Positions 23,581 through 38,500 of a DNA stretch of 64,000 nucleotides are shown here, in pieces. The notes under the pieces were generated by a model. That model was given only the letters and a program-made list of their open reading frames with translations, was not told the origin of the DNA and did no database searches. How positions within the stretch are numbered: the first letter of the stretch is position 1; every line of letters starts with the position of its first letter. Origin of the DNA: Amoeboaphelidium protococcarum X5 (taxonomy: Eukaryota > Fungi > Aphelidiomycota); the NCBI GenBank assembly GCA_023515725.1, contig JALDTO010000098.1, positions 1,390,164-1,454,163 on the forward strand, written 5' to 3'. A program made the position numbers and the translations under genes.

Positions 23581-24094
23581 ATGTCTTGGCAAGCATATGT
23601 TGATTAGAACTTGGTTGGCACTTAGAAAGTTACCAAAGCCGCCATTCACGGACTTGATGGAACTCCATGGGCCACGTCCGCTGGCTTCAGTGTAAGTATG
23701 CATGAGCCAAATTCTATATCGCTATATTAATCAACATGTTTATTTCGCATTGAATGTAGGTTAAGCCAGATGAAGTTAAGAACATTGTGAAGGCGTTTTC
23801 TGATGCTAGTGGTATTCGCGCTTCTGGCCTTCACGTTGCCGGTGAAAAGTACATTGCCATCAAGACTGATGACCGCTCAGTGTACGGCAAAAAGGTATGC
23901 TTCTCTCTCTGTATCTATGTTGATCTAATACTGATGAACATGAATTCAAGTTACTGTAGGGAGCATGTGGTGTATGTTGTGTAAAGACCAAGTAGGCAGT
24001 TTTGATTGGTGTCTACGATGACAAGATTCAGCCGGGAGAAGCTGCAAAGATTGTGGAAGCTCTAGCAGATTACTTGATCAGTGTCCAGTATTGA
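23581..24094 (+). CDS. PFY1: Profilin (introns 23692-23759 and 23895-23959)
   Basis: MSWQAYVDQNLVGT, GLHVAGEKY, CCVKTKQAVLIG, VEALADYLIS. Confidence 0.95.
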
Positions 24095-24273
24095 ATTATA
24101 GCAGTGATCGCTTTAAGCAATACAGTATAATCACTTGCGTCAATATCTTTTCTACCGTTACGTGTTGTTTATTTCAGACGCGCGCCTTTCATCTCTTTGC
24201 GGTTCAGTTGTTTTTGTCACCGAACTTTCATCTGCATTGTTTTACATCAGTCAACTGAGTGGAGAAAAGTATC

Positions 24274-25020
24274 ATGTCAGCGTCAAGTATATTGGTAGAA
24301 CTGTAATCAGACTATAGTACTGAAGATGCAAACTTGAGTAAGGAGAATATTGTCCCCCCTCCAGACAACATTTATATTCAGAGAAAGAATTTGCCTCGCA
24401 GGCGGCCAGTAAGGATTGCATTAGATTTTGCTCAATTCTGTGTAATTAATAATATTGAATTGGTGTAGCGAATTCAAGATAGATCTTAGGAAGTCCTTAA
24501 GCCTCCCCGGGAAAGAACTATTTTAGGGGAGCTCTCATAAGACGAAGAGTTTGAGTCTTCCGTAGTAGTAGAGGACCAAGATGCGGATGTTATTGAAGAC
24601 AATAATCTTGAAACTGTTCAGGCAGTGATTGATAATAATGCATCTTTATCTATGCACCATCATTTTGAGAATGGCTTTGATGATGAAATACGATCCCACA
24701 GTCGATAGTCATAAATAATAACGGGAAATAGTACGGATAACGCGGTGGAAGTGTTGGTAACATCTGTAAGCTGTTTATTACGCGGTCTAATTTCTGATTT
24801 CATTGACCAACTTTGATTGTGTAGATGCGATAAATACAAATTAATAGACGAAAAAAGGTACGTGTATACTGCGTATTCTTAAAGGATCCTTATGATATTA
24901 TATGTAGTTACTCGATCTGGAACAGAATATTGATTTTGCAATTACAAAATCAAAGCTCATTCTGTCAAACAACTGTAATCAGAACGCTTGAATATGGTGT
25001 CTTTCCAAGCATAAATATGA
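24274..25020 (+). CDS. Hypothetical acidic protein, probably spliced (3' exons uncertain)
   Basis: Open frame from 24274 to about 24760, followed by GT..TGTAG intron-like segments. Confidence 0.4.
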
Positions 25021-25298
25021 ATAATAAAATGAATGAATGAATGAGATATTAATACAAGTGCTGACTAATTATCATGCTAATGGAAATACTTTGAGAATAC
25101 TGTTCCAAATTGACATTTATGCCAAGAGGATATTGCCTAAAATGGAAGCCGTCATGATTTGTTTGTTTCAATCTTCCGAACGACATCATAGAGATTGTTT
25201 AATGTAAACAATGAGCTTTTCTCATCACATCCACTTTTGATCTTAAATCAAATCTTAATCAGCAACTTTAAAAGAAGTCTATTGATAGTGAAAACAAA

Positions 25299-26950
25299 AT
25301 GTTGAGATCCGCTGCAACTGCCTCAAACTATGCTAGCGCATAGTACAAGTCCTCCGAAAGCGTGGACAGAGAGTGTGAAGTTTATGCTTAGGTATGGTTC
25401 ATTTGATGCCGCGTAGTACTGAGTTATATATCATGATAATTAAAATTGTGTAGCACATCGATGCGATGTTGAGCAAGACGTTAAATGATGGAATCCATTT
25501 ACCAGTGAGCAAGATCGAAGGTAAAAGTAAATGTGATTCGCTGTTGAATGCACTGAGAGACGGTGTCGTTCTCGGCTACATCATCAATGTTTTAGATGAA
25601 TCTATTTTGCCTGTGAAGCGCTTGCATCATAATATCGACATGACCAAAGTGGGAAAACAATAGTCTAAATCTCTGTTTGAAGTTGGTGAGAACTTGAATA
25701 TGGTTGTCGATGCGGCAAAGAAGATGAATAAGCATGGTATCGTTGTAGTCAACTGCGGCGCTAATGATATAATGGAAAAGAATGTCGACGTCGTTCTTGG
25801 TCTTGTTTGGCAGTTGATCAGAGCTTATCTTTTAAAAGATGTCAATTTAGTTTAGCGACCAGAATTAATTAGATTGCTGAAAGATGGTGAAAGTATAAAA
25901 GATCTGCTGGACATGAAGTCGGATGCTCTGCTGTTGCGCTGGTTTAATTTTCATCTGGCAAAGGCGTATCATCCAGTCATTAATTATTTCTCAAAGGATA
26001 TCACTGATGGTGCTGCTTATGCAGTATTGCTCGATCAGGTGGCTCCGAGAAGTTTTAGCCGTCAGGGGCTGCTTGACAAGTCTATGGATGCAAAGACTCG
26101 TATTGTGAATGTAATCGATTTCGCTCGCGAGATTGGATGCGAATAATTTATCCAGTCAAAGGATGTAATTTCTGGCCATAGTCGCTTGAATTTGGCTTTC
26201 GTCGCTGGTATTTTCAACAAGTATATCGGTATCAAACTGCCAAGTGATGACGAAGTGCGCCAGCTATATAATACCGTTGAAGATCTTGAGGCTGAGAACG
26301 CGGAGCTGAAAGAAATGATCCGCAGTCGCGACGATCGTCTCGCAGCGATGGAGAGTGAAATCAGCAGTTTGCACTTGTCCATTGAAACTTCAAAGTTGGC
26401 GCTGCATAGTAAGAATGAATAGTCTCTATAAAGTTTGCGTGTTGAGTATGAAAAGAAGCTGGATGATCAGAAGACTCAGTTGAAGTAGTAGAATGAATAG
26501 CGCGAGAGCGAACTTTTGGGAATGTTGGATATTATCAAGGCCAAGTAAAAGTAGCAGATTTATCAGTAAGAGAGATAATTTGAGCGTGTAAAGAGCCAAG
26601 CAACTCGAGATTTGAACTAGATTAAGCGTTCGATTGAGAGTTTCTTGATTGAGAATAAGGTGATTGAAAGTCAGGATACGGACAATACTCCTCTGGAATA
26701 GTTGCCTGAAGTGTTACAGGATCGCTTGGTAAAGCTGCTGCAAACTTATTACACCAAGGCAGATGAATTGACGGAGACTAACAAAAAGTTGGCCCGCGCT
26801 AGATAGGTGAATGACATCTACGGTGATAAGATTTAGGAATACGCTGAAGGATTAATTGTAGATCAAAAGCGCGGAAGTGGTGCTGATAAGAACAATTTGA
26901 ATCGAATGAGCAGTGTGCGCACAATTTTCAAGCGTTAATCTGCAAAGTGA
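25299..26950 (+). CDS. Fimbrin/plastin-type single actin-binding domain (CH-CH) plus long coiled coil (intron 25392-25453)
   Basis: LRDGVVL, ENLN, VVVNCGANDI, VLGLVWQLIR, PELIRLL, LLRWFNFHL, LNLAFVAGIFN; then an E/Q/K-rich heptad tail. Confidence 0.85.
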
Positions 26951-27118
26951 GTGTCAACTGATTTATGAGTGATGTATTAAGATTTGCTGATATGATGAAT
27001 AATGAAGCGTCGACTTGGAGTTTATATAAATGTGTTTTTTATGAAGTAATTATATCCGTTAATCAAAATTAATATCTATTAGCTTATACGTACATTACGA
27101 AGAATCAACCAAATTAAT

Positions 27119-27497
27119 TCATGATGATGGAACGACACGCCAAACCTTCTTAGCCAAATCCACTGGTATAAGTTGGGGCATGGAGCTTTTCTATAGACCA
27201 TTCCACGTCAGAGTGCCAGTAAATATTCCTTATGTAAATCCCTACACTATTTATTTACCGTGATAACGATGATATCTATCTAAATTTCTGAAAAAGGAAC
27301 AATCTTACCGGTGTCAATTTCACTTGTTGGAGCGTGTAGAAGCATTTATTGCCGTGCACTATCCAGTCTTCAGGCATAACGCGTGCTCCAACGCCATCTT
27401 TAGGTAGCACAGATGCCAGCTATGCAAGATTACTTGGATATGCTGGCATACGAAGTAATTTCTTTGATGCCAAATCTTTGATAATTTGCTTTGTCAT
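27119..27497 (-). CDS. Mitochondrial ribosomal protein mS34-like (one intron)
   Basis: NLAQLASVLPKDGVGARV..W, FYTL..VK, GTLTWNG, KKVW. Confidence 0.65.
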
Positions 27498-27614
27498 TTC
27501 GATCTGATTCGAGTTTTACCGCTTTGTAGAAAAAGATTAAAAATAAATTTACAGTTGAAGATTAATTAATCAATATTTTAATAAACGCCACTTTTATATA
27601 TAAGTACTATATAA

Positions 27615-28400
27615 TCACTTTAATTTCTTTCTTTGCTGCTACTTGGCAGACTTGGAGGCAATCTTCTTCACTTCCACAGGCTTATCAAATCTACCCATTG
27701 AAGCGGTACTTGCGGTAGTGATTTTCAGATCCTTCTCAAGCTTCATCTTCTTCACAGTCTTCTGGTCAGCTCTGGATAATGAGCCAGAGCTCTGCAAGTT
27801 CCTGAGCTGCTGAGCCTTGTTCTTGTTTACGCGTTCAGCCTTCTCAGCGCGCACTTTACTAAACATATCACCCTCCTGCACATCATTGTATCCCTCTGGT
27901 ACTTCAATCAACCAATCGTCAGTGCCAGACTTCTCAGTGACTGCGCTCTTATAACCAGCACGTGGAATAAACTCTTGTTAGTCTTCACTCCACACCATAC
28001 GCGTCCTCTTCTCTTTCTATATTCCTTTGGCCTGCGCGAATTTCTACCATCTGGTCAATGCTTTCGCCTTAGGAACAGGCTTAGATCGCGGTAGAACCAT
28101 AGGGAACGGTTGATTACGAGGTATTGGAGGAGGGAGCTGAGCGAGTACCATAGTATGATCTTCTGAAATCTCAGTTGGTCTGGTCCATAATTCATTAATC
28201 AGCACCTGAACAGCATCGCGTGTAACTTCTTTAAGCATCTTGGTCTTTTCAACAGGTCCATCAAACGGGGGTAACGGTGCGTCATCATGCACCAACAAAT
28301 GACCGAGATCTACCACATATGGCATCGATCTATTAACAGCCGTAGATGGAAGGCTAGACTTCATGTCATTTATAGCTGTGGTGACATCCAACGTATCCAT
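27615..28400 (-). CDS. RRS1: Ribosome biogenesis regulator Rrs1
   Basis: DLGHLL, RDAVQVLINEL, LPRSKPVPKAKALTRWQKFAQAKGI, STASMGRFD. Confidence 0.92.
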
Positions 28401-28545
28401 CGTCTATTACAATTTTATCGCTTTTGATAGTTTTTCTTCTTTTACCTTTGAGAGAGAGAGAAGTGTAACACTGGATTCAAACGCATAAATTTTGTACTAA
28501 AAAAGATTGTCAGCTTATATTAGTAGAATAGTTAATTTTATTTGT

Positions 28546-29427
28546 ATGAATTCAAATTAAGGTAGTAGTGCAAGCGAGTCTTTATTAAGAACTTATTTCA
28601 AGTTGTCGGATACTGATAACTCTGGTTCTATCTCTGACAGAGAGCTGTAAAAATGTCTTGGCACTGGAGATCAGTTCAAGCCATTCGATTTATTTACGGT
28701 CTAGTTATTAATGTCACTATTTATTAAGAATACGTCTAATAATACGAACAATAATAATGATAATAATAATAATAATAATAATCGAGAATAAGGACCGCTG
28801 GAGATTAATTACGAAGAGTTTAAATAGTTATGGTAATACATTGCTCAATGGCAAGACGTCTTTGTCCATTATGATCAAGAACGTCGAAATGCTCTCAGCG
28901 TGAAACAAGTCACTGCGCTGCTATAATCTTCTGGGTTCTCGCTGTCTGCTAGTGTTATAAATCTTATAGTTACACGAATTAAAAATAATAACAGTTTTGC
29001 ATCCAGTCGTACATCAAGTATATCCTCTCTTATCAATAATGGTCCAGGAGACCAAGACATTGCTGGCGAAGTCTTGTTGGATTTTGATGACTTTATTCAC
29101 ATGTGCATCATAGTATAGAAAGTGTCCAAAATCTTTAATAAATTTGATCCACAAAAGGTAACTATTATTAGAATAATACTTGATCATAAAAACTGTATTT
29201 GCATTACCATGAATTAAGTGTAGTCAAGGACTGCTCATATGAGTTATGACGCGTTTGTGTGGTCAATATTTGAATTGGTGGAGAATTTCACGTCAGTTGC
29301 GCGTCGTTCAATAAACTCGAACAACAACAACTGCAGTGGATCCAACGACAATTCATCGACCGGATATAGTACTTCACTCTCAATACCGGCGAATCATAGA
29401 AAATCGAATTCTGTACAAGATTATTGA
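28546..29427 (+). CDS. Penta-EF-hand protein (peflin/ALG-2-like), spliced, with Asn-rich insert
   Basis: DTDNSGSISDRELQ, INYEEFKQLWQYIAQWQDVF..YD, FDDFI..C. Confidence 0.75.
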
Positions 29428-29506
29428 TTATAATAATTGTAAATATACACTATGCTAATATATATAATAAGTATCTCACTGTTCGTACATTTATTGATTC
29501 ATTTAA

Positions 29507-30064
<558 letters not shown>

Positions 30065-30274
30065 ATTTTTATTTGATGACTTTAAATTATATTACTAACA
30101 CAGCAGACCGTATAACGAGTGGTATGCTCAAGCTTTTCTCACAAAGTTTCTATTACTGTACGCGCCAACTGAAAGAAAACAAAATTACAGCGAAATGCGC
30201 GCGATGGAACGCGAAGATATTTAAAGAATCCACACTATATATATGGATATAATTTTTCAAGTTGATATTTATTC

Positions 30275-33200
30275 TCAGCTGTCATTGTTGATGCGCTCAA
30301 AGTTCTGAATGCTAGCAACTATAGTGTCAATCTCAGCTTCGAAAGCCTTCATCTTTGATGCGTCAGCTTCCTGGGCTTCTTTACGCACCTTGGCGCTGTA
30401 CTCTGGTTTACTCATCTTCTTGACCAACTACTCCTTTTACACAGACAACTTGTCCATCTTGGTTTGCAATTTCTTGATCTCGGCATCAATATCCAGAGAT
30501 CCTTTAATCATTAGATACGTCTAAGCCATATCTCCAATAGACTGATGGACACATCCATGTGGAACTTGATCAGCTGAATCTACAACGGTGAGATCAAGTT
30601 ACTTGGCAAAGCACAGTGTCTTTAACACCTGCAATTAATCTTTTAAAAAGTCACCATACTGCTTACTGACAACATACACCGTGGCATTATTCTTCAAACC
30701 ATAATCCTGCATGATGGAACGCACAGATCTACTGACAGATGTTACAATCTCGAAATCCTTCTCAGCACTCTCAGCTTCCCATTGCTCTGTCCATTCAGGA
30801 TAGGAAGAGATCATGATAGATTCAATAGAGTCGCCAGATCTTCTACCAAGTCTCTGATACAATTCTTCAGTAACAAACGGCATGAAAGGATGCAGTAATC
30901 TCAATCCTTATTCCAGACAAGTATACAACGTATTTCTAACAGAAAGCTTCTGCGCCGACATCTCCTAGTTATCACCATCCTCTGCAGAATCAACGATTGG
31001 CTTGATAGACTCAATGTACACATCACACAGCTCATTGAGCCAGAATTTATAACAAGCACCAGTAGCAAGACTGAAATTGTAATCACCAAGTTATTTGTTA
31101 ACTTCCTTAGCCGCAACGTTCAATCTATTCAAAATCCACTTCTCCTGGAGCGTCTTGGTGGCAGATACAGATATGACATGATCATCAGGTTAGAAATTAT
31201 CACCCAGCTTCATCAACGCAAATCTAGTAGCATTCCACAGCTTATTACAAAACTTTCTGTATCCTTCAACTCTTGCAATGTCCATGTTGATATCTCTATT
31301 GTGACCAGTGTAATTACAGAGAGTGAATCTTAACGCGTCAGTACCACACTCAGGAATACCTTTTGGGAAGTCTTTGCGCTGGCCCTCTTTAGCCTTGGCC
31401 ACCTCTTTAGGATCCAGATTACCTTTCTCCAGCAGGGAATGTAATTTATCCAATGAAGCACCTTCGATAACATCTACCGGATCAATAACATTTCCAAGAG
31501 ATTTAGACATCTTTCTACCATGAGCGTCCCTGACCATCGCGTGACAAAAGACGTCTTTGAATGGAACCTGGCCAGTCAGCTTGCGACCAAAGAACACCAT
31601 ACGCGCCACCCAGAAGAATATGATGTCCCATCCAGTCTCGAGAAGTGACGATGGATAGAACAGCTCCAGATCCCGAGTCTTCTCAGGCCAACCTAGAATA
31701 GCAAATGGCCACAATGCTGACGAGAACCAAGTATCTAAAACATCAGGATCTTGATGCAAGCTTATTTTACCTTTATGCTCGGCAAACTTCTTTTCAGCTT
31801 TCACCATAGCCTCGTCAACTGTGCGCCCACTCACCCAATAATTGCCATCACTCTGGTCAACGTCCTCTTTGCCATCGATGCGGATGAAATATGCCGGAAT
31901 GGTATGTCCCCACCACAGTTGTCTGCTAATACACCAATCCTAAATATTCTCCATCCACTGGAACCACTCCTTCTCACTGGACTTTGGTCTGATGTTAAGA
32001 CGACCATCTTTGACCACCTCAATCGCATCTTTAGCCATATCTTGACAATTGACATACCACTAAGGTTTAAGCATTGGCTCAACCACATCTCCGGTACGGG
32101 AGCAGATAGGAAGCACCATCTTATTAGGCTTCGTCTCAATGTACAGCCCCTTCGTCTTCAATGCCTTCAACACCTCCACTCGGGCATCAAATCTCTTCAT
32201 ACCTTCAAATGGGTATCCATTAGCATTTAGCAAACCGTCATCATTCAGAATGTTTATAAACTCCAAGTTGTGCTTCTTACCAACTTGATAATCATTAGGA
32301 TCGTGTGCAGGTGTGATTTTCACAGCACCAGTACCAAATTCCATGTCCACCATCTCATCCTGGATGATTGGGATCAGTCTATTGTTGAATGGATGTTTAG
32401 CAAATTTACCAGCCAGGTGCTTATAACGCGCGTCCTAAGGATGTACGGCAATAGCAGAGTCACCGAGCATAGTCTCTAGACGAGTGGTGGCCACAACAAT
32501 CTTCTCGTCACTATCACTACCATCAATAGGATAGGCAAAGCTGACGATGGTACCAAATTCATACTTTCTATTCTCATCATGTCCTGGGACGTGCATCAAA
32601 GTCTTTCCCTCCAAATCCTTATTCTCCACCTCAAGATTACTTAACGCGGTATTCAATTTGCAGCACCAATTCACCAACTTGGTATCTCTGTAAATGATAC
32701 CTTCATCGTGTAAACGCACAAAGGTTTCAGTGACAGCATTGACAAACTTTGGATCCATAGTGAAAGTGGCACGACTCCAATCTAGAGATGATCCAAGACG
32801 CTTCTGCTGACCATAAATTCTATTACCATACTCCTCCTTCCACTCAAATACCTTCTTGATAAACTCCTCTCTACCAAGATCGTGTCTAGTCAACTTCTAC
32901 TCCTTCCACAACTTCTTTTCCACCACAACCTGTGTAGAGATACCAGCATGATCACAGCCAGGATTATACAGAACGCTGAATCCGCGCATTCGGTGCCATC
33001 TAACCAAAGAGTCCTAAATAGATCCTGTCAGAGCATGGCCCAGATGCAGAGAACCAGTAACATTAGGTGGTGGCACAGGAACGACATATACTCCCTTACA
33101 GTCAGCCGGAAGTTATCCATCGGCACCAACACGAGGCTTCAAGTATCCCTACGCCTCCCACCACAAATACCAGCCAGATTCAACCTCTTGCGGATGATAG

Positions 33201-33337
33201 GAATCCTGCATTGGACGCGTCATATCCTTCTTCTAGCAAGCCTGTGCTTAACCAGAACTTGCGTCAAACTAATTACTTTCTTTGGCCACCTGCGCTTGTG
33301 AATCTTTTACCGTACTCTCTTACTAGTTACCAGCCAT
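30275..33337 (-). CDS. VAS1: Valyl-tRNA synthetase
   Basis: [49 protein letters not shown]. Confidence 0.97.
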
Positions 33338-33692
33338 ATCTTTTTATACTCATAAATTTAATTTAAAAACAACAGCCCTTGATAAATAAATTCTTTGATA
33401 TGATAGTACTAAAGTCTAACGGCGTTCTACTAAGAAAGGAAGACAGATCGTCGTTGTTGAAGTGTTGGATCGATCTAAGGTTGTTTGGCTGCCGCTTTTG
33501 AAATTCACCATTGTATGCGCGTTCAAAGCGCGCGTAAGATTTGAGATGTGCGATCAGAAGAATGATCGACACAGAAAGTAGCAAGATCACGACCAAATGA
33601 AGAGCGTCGAAGTTTAAACGGATCAAAGGCCTGAAGGGGAAAGGTCAAATATGACATGATCACGTTATAGCATTTATATAAAGTATGAATTT

Positions 33693-35300
33693 TCAATGTT
33701 CAGATTCGTCAGTAGGAGGAACTAAAAGAACATATTAAACTATTGAGGCCTTCTTTACATTGTAGTTCGGTTCATCAAGTTCCACGTATCGATATTCCTG
33801 AAATGTTAATTCATCTGGAACGACAAAGTAGATGACATTTGACTTGCACTTTGCAGATACTTCATGCACCAAAGGATTCAACTGGCAATCTTTAGTAGTA
33901 GTAATTTGAAACATTCCACAACCTTAAAGCCATAAATCGACAGCTTCAAATTCATAGTTTGGCATAAAAAAGACTCCATTCGAATGCTTTCTCTTTGGTG
34001 GATACGCATCATCCAACCTCGTAAAGTCCTTGATAACATTAGACGCGCGAGGAATATTAACAGTCTTTTATTTAAGACTCTTCTCATTATCCTTGGTCAG
34101 CAATCGTCTTTAGAAGGAACCGCCCTTGATCAAAATGTCACGGCAAAGATATTCGTATAACTATCCACGAAGGCCCGCAAGACGAGAGTACTGAGAGGAT
34201 GACGTATAAAGAAATTGCTCCAATTAATTCCTACCAACAAGCGTCAACAGTTCATACACCTTTATGGATACATATTTCGACGCGTAACGAGGTGTAAAGT
34301 CGCGGCAATCATCAGTAGCATCATAAAGAATCAAGATATGAGCAGCATTTTCCATTTGACCACCTTCAGGCCATCCGAACAGTTCAGAAATTTCGGTGCT
34401 GCCCAGTGCATTTAAAACAATTCTCTCAGGCGATTCAAAAGTATAAAATAGTTGCCGGGGAACTCCACCAAGTATATTGAATCTATGCTTTAACATACTC
34501 ATATCATACTGCAGCTCAAGCACAGATACAGCTTATTCCATCTCCTACCAACTCCATAAAGGCATATAATAGTACGGAGAGGCGTCTTTTGCATATTGAT
34601 TAGCACACCTTGATCCAGGAGCGACGGTAAGGATGGTCATAGCACATGATATGGAACCAGGATCGAGTGAATCAACCAGATAATACCACTCATCACCATC
34701 GGGAAACTTGAATGAAACTTTTGGGATCATTTGGACACCATCAGGTGAAATGATAAATTTATACTAGGCAGTGGATAGGTGCAAAAACACAGTCTTGCCG
34801 TATTCATTGACCAAACGGTAGGCACAATATATCAGAAAGAGTGTCTTTCCAATCCCAGGAGTGCCACTGACCAGTACCTTCCATTGTGGTGGTGGGTTCC
34901 CATTGTTGTAGATGGCATCAAACATTTTTATATACGCATCACGAACAAAAATCCGGTCCACCTTATTGATGTAAGGGCTGAGTGACGAGCCAATGTTAAC
35001 GACTTTTGCATTTTTATCATTTGCTCCAAACATGGATGATAGTGGGATAATTTAAATTTAATAGCCATCACCAATACCGAATGCAAATGAGCCACCACTA
35101 TACCCTGATATAGTGGAAGTTGGATGAAGGTGATTGTGAATACAAATTCCCTTAACAGTGCCCGCAGTCTCCTTCCATTAAGCTTTATTAAGACGCATCA
35201 TCTACTCAAATGGTAAAATGTCCTACTCCAACTGATTGACGAGATCGACCAGCTTCAGCCTTTTCAATAGCGCAATAAGAGTCTCTTTGGTTGGACTCAT
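33693..35300 (-). CDS. Crinkler (CRN)-like effector: short helical header, P-loop NTPase, PD-(D/E)XK-like nuclease
   Basis: FVRDAY, VSGTPGIGKT, YLVD, YYMPLWS, GGVPR, GQLYE, EAVD..FQIT, YFVVP, QYVL. Confidence 0.8.
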
Positions 35301-35506
35301 TATTAGTGTATGCTGATATTCTTTATTTTTAAAGACGTATAGAAATTGATCTAAAACTCTTACAGTGATACCACTTAGTTGCCTCTCTTACCGCTAACAC
35401 ACTCGATAGCGCGTGCTTGTCAATTTCTCTAATAGCCTTTTCTCATCTCGCTCAATCAACAAAGTTCTTACTGCAATTAGATAAAAGGGTTAGAGAATCT
35501 GTTGTT

Positions 35507-38500
35507 ATGGAATGTTCAACGTTGATATCTGACGCGCTCTGGGAGATTGACTTGGCATGTAAGTAGTATCTTGAAGGGAATGGATATGCAATTAAAATTC
35601 TGGAAAAGTATAACTCGCTTTAGAACGCTACTTTGCAATTGGCTTTGATTTCTTATGCTCACTAGTCTGGTAATGAAGTGATATTTTAAAGTACGTTGAC
35701 TGCACTTGCTACAAATGAAGTGGTGTTGGAACGCGTATTGAATCGACGGCTATTGCCTGGATCTGTCTTACTACATTGGCTATGTCAATCACAAAGTACT
35801 CTAAGTACTGATGCATAATTGTCGATAATTGCTCATTGTAAACCAATATCTTTTACTGACTTGAATGAACTAATACATTGCGGGATTAGTTACCAAGTTC
35901 TTACTCAGGCTTTTAAGAAGGTTTAATTATCTCTTGAAGACTTTCGCAGTATTTTACATCATTTGTAGTAGAAAGGATATGATGATGATGGAGCGGTCAT
36001 AGATTTAATATTAGCTAGTGAGTACTCCAAGACTTTGGTGCGTTATTTGTAGCAACTTGTTACTATGGATGATTAATAAGCTCTATCTGTTATGGTACTC
36101 GTATGTGGATCAGACGATCAAGTGTTAAAGTCTTCTAGAGCTTCTAACAGGTCCGCTATACTGCGAGTTCTCTCTAATTGGAATGAAAGTTCAGACTCAT
36201 CTTTTGATAACAATAGCATCTAAGTTTTAACTCTGTAAAAGATCTTGTTCACCTGGAGTTAAATTGACTGCCATCATTGGGATGTTATCTTGGAGACGAT
36301 TGCATATCTGGTAAAGAATGTGGATATTCGTGGTTTACTTAGATTATCCATTTAATTGTGTATACAAAATGATTTGCCTGGTCGGAAATTAACTAATATC
36401 TTGATAGAGTCGGATTATTAGGATTTTGATGCACAAGGTTAACAATTGGAATGGTTGTTATTGAAATAGTTTACGTGTAGTGATTTTCTGCATCCAGCTT
36501 GGGTGAATCTTGAATTGGTTGTCCGTTATCTGTGTAAACTATTCATCTAACTGTTATCAAAAGATGCATAGTAGAAGAATTTGGTCTTGATGTAGGATTG
36601 CATTAAAACAGTGACTATCAGGATGGAGAATGAAAGTGGTGCACCTGTAGAGGTTTTGTCTGATCTGGTTTTACAGTGTTCACAATTATCCGTATCATCA
36701 TTTGAACAATGTTTACAATTGCTTACTCAGCTGTAACTCTCATAGACAGATTATTATGAAGTGTTGAAATCAATTTTGACCCAGATATATGAGTAGAGTG
36801 ATAAAGTAAGTGCTCTGTTTCGATTTGCATCTGATGAAGTGAAAATGCAGCTGCTCCAATTTAACAATTCTAGCCTATCACCAGTTTATTTTGCAAACGG
36901 ATAGAGTATGGTGGTAGATCTCTTGGTGCTTAGTCTTCAGCAGAATAATCATCAGCATATTTCTATAATCGTTAAGTCAGTGTTGGATGTGAATGAATTT
37001 GATGTCATTTCTGAGGCTTTGAAGCATTTAAATATATACGCTGTTACTAAAGATGAATAGCTATAAAATGATTATTGGATTGGTATTGTCGCCGGCTGTT
37101 GTGATTATATCATCAATGACAGAGTGTCAAAGCTGTTAGATGCTCAATCCTAGTAGAAAGACGATTTACTGCGGTAGATTATTGAGTTTTTGTTAGTTAT
37201 GACCAACTTAATATTGCCTAAGCAGGTATCGGAGAACATATTGATAGCATTCCGACAATGTCTAGGCAATTAGAATGTTAGTCCTTTGTGTATACATGGA
37301 CTGTCAGTGATGATTTATACCATGTCCATATCTTTAAAGAAGAACTTATAGAGCATTCTTTTTAAGCTGAGCTAGATCATGTCAAGCGCATGGACCAGTG
37401 TGCATATGTTGGAATTCCTCAACATTCTGTGCTCTTATCCGGATCTCTATGGACATTTTACTGAAAATGATTACAGGTTAGTATTGGGTATAGCTGTGAA
37501 GTTTATCGAGTATTATCAGAGTCAGGCGCAGAAAAGGAAGTCTGTCGATCTGTAATAGTCTGCCCAGGCGCTGGATAAGAGTGTGAGAGATGACGTGTTT
37601 GCAGAGTATGTTCTAGTCTTGGCTTACACTGTAATAAGAAGTTGGATTCCTCGAGTTCCTGATCACTTGCGCGACTCTGTTTATAGATTTACTATTCAGG
37701 CGTTGAGTAACATCGGCCAGTCTTCTGAACTCGTATTGAACAAGGAGAAGATAGACGTGTGCTTACAGATGCTTTAACAGCGCTAACAGATTTATGGAGA
37801 ATTATATTAATAAAGCGCGCATGATCAAAAGGATACATTAGATAGAAAGCTGTACTCGGATGGTCTGTAACTGATAAGTCTATCACTATTGAAGAACTCT
37901 TCTCTAAAAGTTGAAATTCGAACTTCTTATAGTTATCAGACGCGTTATATAAAATATTTTGACCTGTTGGAAAATAAAATCGCTGACTACAACTTGGTAT
38001 CCGTTGAGACTATTGCTTAACTTAATCTCGAAAAGTTGTCTGCCATGATTCCTTCTGACAAGCAGACTGAATTGCCATTAAATGAAACGGTTGATAGAAT
38101 AGTATCTGTGCTAGATCGAATGTTTTACAAGGATGCGCACAAGATTGCTGTTCTGTATGTAGGCCCTGATCAGAGTGGTTAGTAAGAGATTCTCTCCAAC
38201 TCTTATGGATCTGTGCAATACAACGAATTTTTGAATAATCTAGGCGCGTGGTCGTTTCTTAAAGATGCCAAATCTAATAATATATTTACTGGAGGATTGG
38301 ACACTTCTGAAGACCAGCTTGATGGATAGTTTGTGATCACGTATATTGACAATGTGTAACAGTGTGTATTCCATGTCGCCACCTTGATGCCAACTAATAC
38401 AGATTCTGATCCATAATTAGTGTCAAAGAAGCGACATATTGGCAATGACTTTGTTAGAATCGTCTGGGATCAGTCTGGTACGGATAAGTTTGACTTGGAC

